Assembly: GCA_945877765.1 (NCBI GenBank)
Contig: CAMDWQ010000001.1
Location: 86,253-150,252, forward strand
DNA length: 64,000 bases
Source of the DNA: Candidatus Omnitrophota bacterium
GTDB taxonomy: Bacteria; Omnitrophota; Gorgyraeia; 2-02-FULL-51-18
Reading direction: 5' to 3'
The stretch's first letter is position 1. Each line of letters starts with the position of its first letter. Below, piece after piece: positions 30,141 through 39,900 of this stretch. The position numbers were made by a program, and so were the translations under genes. The notes beneath the pieces were generated by a model, which saw nothing but the letters and a program-made list of their open reading frames with translations, had not been told where the DNA came from and did no database searches.

Positions 30141-30660
30141 AGTAGAAAAAACAGATTTGGACGGGGTGCTTTTGATTAAACCGTCGACGCATTTTAAAGA
30201 TTTCCGGGGTGAATATGTCGAGACGTATAATGAAAAACTTTATCAAGAAGCCGGGATTGACCTCCATTTTGTGCAGGATGATATTTCGACATCCAAAAAA
30301 AATGTGCTGCGCGGTATCCACGGGGACCAGAAGACGTGGAAGCTGGTCACCTGTCTTTACGGCGAGTTTTATATGGTTGTCGTTAACTGGGATCCGGCCT
30401 CCCCTCAATATAAAAAATGGACCTCGTTTGTTCTTTCCGATAAAAACCGGCATCAAGTTTTGATTCCGCCTAAATTCGGCAACGGGCATCTGGTTTTGTC
30501 GGAACAAGCAGTGTTTCATTACAAACAATCCACCTACTATGACCGCGCGGGTCAATTTACACTCCGTTGGAATGATGCTGATTTAAACCTTCGCTGGCCT
30601 ATCCAGAGCCCTATCTTGTCCGAAAGAGACGGCGGAATACCCACCATGTCGTCTGCCTAA
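30127..30660 (+). CDS. RmlC-family NDP-4-keto-sugar 3,5-epimerase
   Basis: DFRGEY, FVQD.IS.S.KNVLRGIH, GNGH, ILSERD. GTG start after GGAGGT. Confidence 0.88.
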   Translation: MSALEVEKTDLDGVLLIKPSTHFKDFRGEYVETYNEKLYQEAGIDLHFVQDDISTSKKNVLRGIHGDQKTWKLVTCLYGEFYMVVVNWDPASPQYKKWTSFVLSDKNRHQVLIPPKFGNGHLVLSEQAVFHYKQSTYYDRAGQFTLRWNDADLNLRWPIQSPILSERDGGIPTMSSA

Positions 30661-30818
30661 ATCTCGGGGATTTAAATTTACCTCGGGTTCATATGATTGT
30701 TACATTGACTGGCTATACTCCCATTGAAGTCGCAAGAGGGAATAAAGCAGTTCCCTTGCAGTCATTGAAGAATAAAATTTAAAATACGGCTTCGATTAAT
30801 TGAGCGCGGTAAAGTAGC

Positions 30819-30846
30819 CGCTCCCTGTAGGGGGAGCGTTTTTTTT
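30819..30846 (+). terminator. Intrinsic terminator in the leader of giant gene 1
   Basis: CGCTCCC-loop-GGGAGCG followed by T8. Confidence 0.75.
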
Positions 30847-30906
30847 ATTTTCCAATTGGGCGGAGCTTATTTTAAGTTTTAAAAAAGTAGGGGCCATTGG
30901 ATAGCA

Positions 30907-33900
30907 ATGGATGAACAAAAAAAATTCAAAACTCAATATGGAAATAGACTGAAAGCAGTCTCTGCCTTCCTGGTAGTAGCTTTTTTATCTCAGGACGTGG
31001 CTTATGCGATTGGCGGCATTAATTTTAATGCAGATTCCGCCAAGGTAGCCTCTAATCCAATAACATTCTCAAATGACACCGCCATCGTCCGTAAATTTTC
31101 TCAACGTTCGGACGAAATGGTGATCAACATCCAAGACGCCCACCAGAAGCTGGGGGCACAGCAAAGCATTTCCTCTATTCTCGATCGGCTTGTCTGGCAA
31201 TACGATCTTAAGCTCATCGCGGTAGAAGGAGGTAGTGGGGATGTCGATACCTCTGCTCTATCTAGTCTGCCCGATGAGGCGCTCCGGAAAAAAACGGGTG
31301 AGCACCTTCTCAAGGAGGGCCTTATTTCAGCCGCTGAGTTTTATTCGATTGTTTCGGGTAATCAAGTGCGTCTCTACGGCGTCGAAGAGGATGCTGTTTA
31401 CCGAGAAAATTTGGAAGTCTTTAAAAAGTTAATTGACGATAAAAAAGACCTTCGGCGCGAGTTGACACTTTTGCAGGGCGCGCTACGCTCGCTGGAAGAA
31501 AAAATTTATAGCCCCGCGCTCAAGGAGCTTGAAGCCAAAAAGATGAAGCATTTCCGCGGCCAGATGAAGTTTGCCGAGTACTGGGAATATTTTAGTAGCC
31601 TTGCGGCGCGTCTGGGGATTGCATTGGACCCATACCCCAATCTTGAAAAAATTTCAAGCACGGTGGTCTTGGAAAAAAATATCAATTTCTCTGCCGCTTC
31701 CGCAGAGCGTGAGTCTCTTATCAAAAGACTTAGCGCTGAATTACCAAAGCTATCGCTTGAGAAGCTTATTTTTGCTCTGCTTGAATTCAAACAAGGGAAA
31801 ATGGCCTCTGGCAAGTTTTACAAGAACCTCGTGGAGATGGCCGAAGCGGCGTCGATTGAGCCAACAGCATACAGCAATATGAGCACTTATTCGCGGTATG
31901 TATCACTCTACGAGGCGATCGATCTTTTGGCGGTATTTGATGAAGCGGAGCGTTTTGAAAGTAAAATCCGGGAGGCTCTTTTTGCCAACTTAGAGGAACG
32001 CAATCTCTGGGTCCTGACCCATCGAGTGGGCATTGTTTCAAGGCTTTTGGATGTGACGCTGGATTCGGCGGATTATGAACAAATCAAATCCCACAAGGCT
32101 GATTTCCAGATCAAGAAACTAAAAGAAGATCTTTTTTCTCTGGGTGTGCGGCATGGATTTTCCACAGCAGGGGACGTTGATTTTGACCGTCTTGAAAAAA
32201 ATATGCCCCTGGCTCTGCGCTTTTATGAACTAGCGTCGCAGAGAAACCAGATTCTTTTAGCCAACACACTTAAAAAAATGCGCCGGGAAAAAATTCAGGT
32301 GGCGGCACTCGTGACAGGAGGTTTCCATTCGGACGGTATCGCCAAACTCATGGAGGAAGAAAAAATTTCCTGTCTTGTGGTGATGCCCAAGTTTGATGAG
32401 AAGTCGCCGGACCGGCCTTATATCTCAGTATTAACTAAAAAGCCTAAAGAATATGAGCAGCTTTTTAAGGATTCTGATTTTTATCTGACCGCGGAAGTAT
32501 TTTTTAATCATTTTCCTGATTACGGCGAAGATCGGTTGGCGGCGCTGGTGGCAAGTCTAGACCGAGTCAGCGGAAAAAATCATTTCACCTCAGGCGTGGT
32601 CCATCAACGCGATTTTGTCAGGCGCTGGGTGCGTGGTTTACGCGCACGGACGCGTGATATACAAAACCCTGCGGTTTCTGTCAAAAAATTAAATCAGGCC
32701 CTGCGAGGTGTGTCTGCAGTCAGGCGCGAAGGCGATTTTTACCGTGTGAAAGTAGGCGAGCGAGAATTTAACGTACCACTGGATCAAGCTAGCCGTGAGA
32801 TTGATGGTAGTCCGATAGAAATCACAGCGGTCAAGGCGCCCGCTTCATTTTTGATAGAGACCGATAGCCGGCAAGCCACTGCCCAAGACGTCTCGGCGTT
32901 GGTGAATCAGTTTTCATCCAAAGTTTCTGTGTGGACGATGCCTGGTTCCACGCCAAGAACGGTGCGGGTTGCTGTCAATCGTGAAGTGGAGCGGTTTGAA
33001 AGGGCGCGGAAGGTTCGCTTTACTCCCCAACAGAAAAGAAGTTTTCAAACGGTGGGCGCGCGTCTATGCGGGCCGAATCTTACCGCCCGGCTCCGAGCGC
33101 TTCCTGAGAATCAACAGCCAAGTATTCGATTCCAGCCGTCTAAAAAGCCGTCGATCGATGTTATTCGATCTCCTCGACAAAGAGAAGTTGTCCGGGCACA
33201 GCTTGAGATTGCCGAGCTTCGTGGAGGGCAGTCGGGAGGCGCTGCCATCATGGCCCTTGATTCCAAGACTGGGCATGTGGTGGTTGTTTTTGGAAAAACT
33301 AAAAAACGCAAGCGTGAGAGTCCCTCTGTGGCCGTGGATGCGGCCGTAGAAAAACTTGTTTTAAAAGCAGCTAACGCCGGGATTGTCAGTCTTCCGGAAT
33401 ATGACGCCGAGATGTCTCATTTGCGCTGGGCCACTGGTGGTGAAAGTACCTGGGATAATGCTCAGCCACACTGGCATGAAGAGCCCAAAAACGTTGCCGT
33501 TTTTGGAGTTTCCCGTCAGGAACACGGGGGTCTCAAGCTAGGAAGCAAGATTATGACCGTTTTTAATATTATCCAACACAACGGCGACCTGGATTATCTG
33601 AAAAAATCATGGCTTGTTAACGGTATTCAACAGGTGGTGACTTTGCCTTTCAGAAAAGCTCGCGAGATTTATGTCAGGCTCATGCCGCGCTCCAAATCAC
33701 GAGGTACGTCCGACTCCAAAACGATCGCCGAAGACGTTGATTTTGAGCTCACCCAAGGGCAGGTTTGGAAATCGGTGCGTTATGCTTATGGAAAAAATTT
33801 TCATGACAATAGCCATCAAGATCTCCCTTTTAGTGAAAAAACGATCAATGATGCCTCTGCGATTGCCACCAGATGTATTGAGGAGGTTGGTCTGGATCTG

Positions 33901-36900
33901 GGGGATCGGTTTTTCAATCCTGGCGCAGTCACGCTAACCGATGCCAGTCCAGAAGCCGTGCTCGCGGTCAAACAGAGAGTGTTTGACCGGTTTAGAGACG
34001 AAAAAATATTTAATAAAAACTCTGAGCTTGAAGAATTTTCTGATGCTTTCACCAAGGCATTTTTCTATCACGACATGGCTTTTGTGATGCGTTATCTTAG
34101 CTTTGCTTTTGTGGGCACGGCGGTGGTTAATGTTATGTCGACGCTTGAGCCGCGGTGGGGGGTATTTGCCAAGACGCAGTCTTTCTCGATTGGTTTTAAC
34201 AGTGAGGGTGTTCTAGGAGCCGCCGAGCCCGAAGCGGTGACGGTACCCCTCATGCAAGATGGGGATTCAACGGCGCGGCAGATGTTTGTCCCCGATGGCT
34301 ACTACGGGACGATTGAGCAGGACCCCAGGGCGAACAATCTAATTCGTTTGCATGCCCCTTTGGTTGAATTTGACGATCTCTACCAGAGGCCAGCACCTTT
34401 ATCCGAAGGAGAGTTACACCTTTTTCCTGTCATTGGCAACCCCAAAATTGAAGTCGCCTCGGGAGATATTCGCCAGCTGGCCAGTGTGGAAAATAAAAAT
34501 GCCATCGAGGACATTCCTTCGGTGCTTAAGCGCGTGCGCGAATCGGTATTGCCCGGCGGCCGCAATCGAAAAGCACTCGATCATTTAAAAGCGCTCATCA
34601 CACGACAGGCCCAGGAGTGGATTTCGGATGAGGAGACGCTGATAGCCAAACATGCCCAAGAAGGCCGGGTGCACGAAGCTCATAAGGGAGGAAACTACAA
34701 TCTTGTTTTGTATGGCTCTGATTTTAATCTCGATCTGATTCGCCGTGTCGCCGACCAGATGCATGGCGGTATGATGGATTTGAACGTGGCTGTCATGGAT
34801 TCGGGAGAGCTTGTAGAGCTTTTTAAGAAAAAAGCCGCCGGCCGTGAAGTGCCTATCGGACCCAACACGATATTTCTAGCGGTCAGTAACTCGGGTCAGA
34901 CGCAGGCGGTCAAAGCCGCTCATAGCGAAATAGTCAAAATGCAGGAGAGGGGCCAGCTCAGAGAGGGAAACAATCTTGTTTTGACGCAGAAACTTTTCAA
35001 CGCGCTTAGCTCGGAAGGGGGCCAGGGCTATCAGCTTGAGGATGAGGTTTTGCCTTATACGTTTCTTAACCTAAGCCACATCCGTCCAGACGGTAGTATT
35101 ACCCGACGCAATTCCGAAGCAGCCAGCGTGACCACGGCGGCGACGGAGGCTGTGCTGACTGAAATGATGATCGGTGCTTACCAGGCCGTGAATGATTTGG
35201 CGCACAACTCTGCGCAGAATCCACAACAGCTAAGACCCTATAGACTCGCCAAAGATTTAACCAGCGAAGATTTTTTGGCTTTCCGTGAATTCCAGCTAGC
35301 TCACTATGAACAACAGGCGGCCAATCGCATCGGTGTCGATTCCGAAGGTCAGCCCATCACGGATTCGCCCGACCAGAAGGCACTCGGTCTGGAAGTTGAG
35401 TACCGCACTCAGTCGGTGACCGAATGGATCAAGGGATTTATGATATTCAATCTTGGCTACATCGCTTTGATTGCGTGTGTGTTGCAACTTCCTCTTTTCG
35501 GAACGGCACTGGGAAGCATTTTCAACGCCCGTTTTGACGGTGCTCTTGATGCAGTTTTCTACTTATCAGGTTTTTGGCTGACGGTGGTTTTGATTCGCTG
35601 GTGGGAGGGGCGTCCCTTGTGGGATCGTATCTTGCCTCGCGTGGAAATATTCGCCGATCACGTGGGTTATTCGAGAATCATCGAAAGATTCAATGTGGCG
35701 CTTCTTGCCAACGCGCAGGGTTTCTTGAGTCCGCTTTTTTATTCGGCGAATGTGGTGCGCGATGTATTGCACCGCTATTCGATTCGTGGCTGGCGCGGCG
35801 TCTTGTTTTATATTTATAGTCCCGACGAAACCATGGGTTTAAAAGAAGCCGGGGATGCGGACTCCGCTGGCATGGTGGCTAGCCAAGTGCGTTTTAACAC
35901 GTTCAATGCCGGCGGCCCGCACACGCATAAAATTCTTCTACAAAATTCTGCGTACAACCGTGGCATGTCCAAAAAAAGCGGTCACCAAGATGTGGGCCTG
36001 TCAGACGTTACCGATGAATTGAAGAGGAAATATAGCGGCAAAATATCCGAGACGATGCAACACTTAATCAACCGCCGCTTGGGGGATCTAAGCAATTATC
36101 TGATTCCGGAAATCGTGATCGGCTACCGGCGCGCGGTTAATCTCTCGCGTTTTTTTAATCATGTGCTGGACGAAATTTTCCTAAGCTCTCTTGTGGGTAA
36201 GTGGCCGGCTTCCGTGGTACGAAAAACTTTGGTGCTTGTGGGTTTTGGATGGTTTCACGAGACGTTTCCTATCGGCGAAAGCTCAGGACGCGCGGGGATT
36301 CTTTCTACCTCTCACCCGGTGAACTCAAGCCTTCCAGGTGAAGACTCCGCCCGGATGTTGACTCGACGGGAAGCTGCTCAACAAAACCGTAAAAAAGTTT
36401 TAAGTGAGCTTGTCAGTGCTGGCGCCAAGGAAATGGAGCAGTCTCAGATTTTGGAAGAGATAGAAGCTGAGGCCATTGTAATCCAAAAAGTAGCTGAGCG
36501 TACCTATCAGAGAGAAATTGCAGAGGCGGAAGAAGTTTTTGCAAATAAGGTGAGGACGATAGAGGAGCATTTAACTAACGCAAAAGCTTTGACAAATAAT
36601 CCTCTTATAGACGATTCTTTCTCCCCAAGTCTTGATGCGAGAGCGGATCGTGCTCGCGAAGCGGCAGTGGCAGTGAGGGAAGCCACGATGGAACAAGCGG
36701 GAAAAAGAAGAGAAGCGGCGTCAGAAAATGCAATTTTGGACGCGGCTTCACCCAAAATCAAGGCGCTGAAAGCTAACCGGCATTTGCCTGTCCCGGGGAA
36801 TCCGGATCGTATCGAGCTTAGCCAGACATTTGACGTGGTGCAGGCCGATGGGGGCATGGATGTCTATTTTCCTGGTGGAAAAAGAATCTCATTTAGTCTT

Positions 36901-39900
36901 GCGCCCGGCGGCCAATATTATCAAGGCGACAACTCACACCCTTCGGTGAAAGCGGTACGGCAGGTATACAAGGGACAACCAATGCTCGTTATTAGTGGAG
37001 ATCTTTCTTCGGTATGGAAAGAGCATAATCCTGAATATGATCTTGTGCTTCCTCTCGTCGACCAGGGTTCTGCTACCGGAGCTCGTCTGAGTAGCGGCGC
37101 TTTTCTTATCAAAAAAGGCATGCTTTTAGACCCAACCGAATTGGTAAGACCGCAAGAGGTAATCCCAAATGAAGTGTCGGGCAAAGCATATCTAGTCAAA
37201 AGATCCCCCGATGCTGTCGTCGCGGAGTCTTCGATCCGTCCATTCACAAGCGAGCCTTCTGCCGCGTTAAAGAGTGTCATTGCTAAACGTAAAGCATGGT
37301 TTTCAGAAGGAGCGCTCCGTTTATTAGGGATATCATTTCTCTCCGTTGTCATCTGGATTTTTGTGGATATGAACAGCCGCTCAACTAGAAAATCGTTAAG
37401 CACTTCAGCGCATGAAAATAATCCTCCGGCTGCCGCGGCTCTGGAAGAAAAGCCTTTAGTGCCAGAGTCTTCCCCGGTCGTCCCCTCGATAAACCAGGTG
37501 CAGGTTGTGGCAGGGGAGCACTTAAGAAAGGACTTGGCATCCGTGCTAGAAAAATCAAAATCGGAAGAAGAGAAAGCCGAGGAGCTAAAAGCCGCAAAAG
37601 AAATAGCCGAGACGGAACTGGCTTTGCTGGAGCAAGAAAAAAAACAAACTCAAGATGAGCTTGCGATTGTCTTTGCCAAAGAGCAAGTGGCAGAAGAAGA
37701 AAAAAATTCTGCTAGCCATGCACTGGAGGCGGCAAACACCCAGCGCGAACTATTCATCAAGCAAGCCTCACTCGTGGATCAGGAGATAGCGGCCATGGAC
37801 GAGGCGCAATTGCAGAAAGGTGCGGATGTACCGGTTAGTATCAAATCAGAAAGAAAAAAATTGTCGGCCGCCGATCTTGATCGGGCCGCAAGATCTACAG
37901 AGGAAGTTTTGAAATTCCAACCCGCTTTAAGTCCTTATACAAAAGAGCTTCTGTCTAACGGTGTGCTTCACAAGATCAATGAGAAATGGTCTTTTAAGCG
38001 ATTTGAAAGTCCTCAAAGAACCACTTGGTGGCCGTTGACCGAGCAACATCTTGAAGGCGTTAAAACACTTGAGCAGCATTGGAGAGATTCACGTCAAACG
38101 CTGACCGATGCTGGAGTCAACCGCAAGGAAAATGGCGAGTTTTGGGTCTCGGTAGATGGCACCAATTTCAAAATGCCCTTATTGGGAACCGATTTAGTAG
38201 GCATTTATTATCCCCAGAATAAAACAAAAGGTCAGCCTCAACTTTATTTTGTACAACTGGGCCGTGCGGCTTCTGCGAAAATCACACAACAAATCGCTAC
38301 CGAGAATTCTTTGGCGAGAATCGAGGCTGAAAAGAAAGCCCAGGAAGCTATCGAGAGTCACCGTCTTTTAATCGAGAAGAAAGCAGCGATTGATGTTCAA
38401 CATTTAGTGGTCGAGCAATCGATCAAGAGTTTTGGTGAGGAGATTCAAACAGCGGACGAAAAATGGCTAGGATTGAAAAACAAAGAGACCGAGCTCCAGC
38501 GGCTGATTCATTCTATTCAGATCGAAGAAGGTCGGGAAAAGCTGTTACAGCTTACTCACGAGGAAGAGAAGTCGCGTTCCGATGCCGATGAGTTGAAGAC
38601 TCAAGCGAAAAACCTCCAGCGGCAATTAGACGAAGCCCAAAAAAATATTCAATCAACAGAAAAGCCGAACACCTCAGAGACAACGCCGCCCGCCACTGCT
38701 TCGGTTTCGGAGCTTGCACCGCTTTTCAAAAAAGCTCTACAGGCTGATAATTTTATTCAATTCAGAGATCTTGAAAATAAATTTCTGGAACGCCTAGCCA
38801 AACTAAAACGAGGCGACAAAGACAAATTTTCTAAAGATGTCTTGGTGCTGCGCCAATTTCGCCAGTGGCACCTGTCCGTGAAGCGGATTAATGAGGCGAA
38901 GGCCCGAGCAAAAAATGCGGCAGCCACCGGTGATCTTGCGGCTTATCGCCGGGCACTCGGGCAATTTTATAATCACTTGGAAGTTTTGCGCGGTGTCGAA
39001 GAAAAGCTCCCGCCCGGACACCACTTTGTTAACTTCGACAAGGCGGCCAATAGCATTGTTTCGGCGGGAAAAGTATTTGGGGGTCGTAGTCCCGCGTCAC
39101 AGAAAATTGCCCGTCAAATTTTATCGCTTGCCGTCGCATCGACGGCGTCGGGAGGCCGTCTTGCGGCATCTTTTTCAACGGTAAACAACAGGAAATTTAA
39201 TCTTCTATTTCTGGTACCGCCGGGGGTCAGTGTCCAACAATTCTCGCGCCAAAATATCGATTTTAGAACCAGTCTTGGTCCAGCGGCATCGCGATTTAGC
39301 ACGCGCTACGCGCCAACGAGTGTTTATACCGAGCGTTTTCTCCGAGATAAAAATTACCCCGTGGATGCTATTTTGGACAGCACCTCGTCAACGCCTGAAA
39401 GTACTTTGCTACTTTTGACCAAACTTGCCGAAACGGATGCGCGGACGTTTTCAACACTCTATCCTTTCGTACAGCGTCTTCTGGCTCGTCCGGAAAATAT
39501 TTCTCGCTTGTCTTGGGCGGAGGAAGCGCTTCTGGCGGTGTGGGTTGAACAAACTCTACCCAATCCTGCTCCAAGGAGAACATTTGTCTCATCGGGACGT
39601 CTAGTCGCTCAACCTGAAATATTAACCAATCAAGCCGAGCAGGGCGGGCATTCTTCAGAAGTGCTTGCCTCGATACTGGATCAGGCGATGGCTCATACGA
39701 TACTTGCAGAAACTAAAGCAGAAAAAAATTCTGCACGGATCGACCTTCAAACGGCAACTGAAAATATTCTTCAATATCTTTCCCCATCATCCGCCGAAGA
39801 CGGAAGACTCGTATTTTCCGGCAAAGCCAATGCTTTGGCGCTTCAACTGGCTTCGACACAGCGCTCGCGCTATGCGCTTGTGGATCCCAGCTATCGCGTG

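Noticed and set aside
33055-33075. Intein at the internal Cys of giant protein 1
   Set aside because: The downstream sequence follows Ntn amidotransferase motifs, and no intein block B or terminal HN-[CST] motif was recognised.
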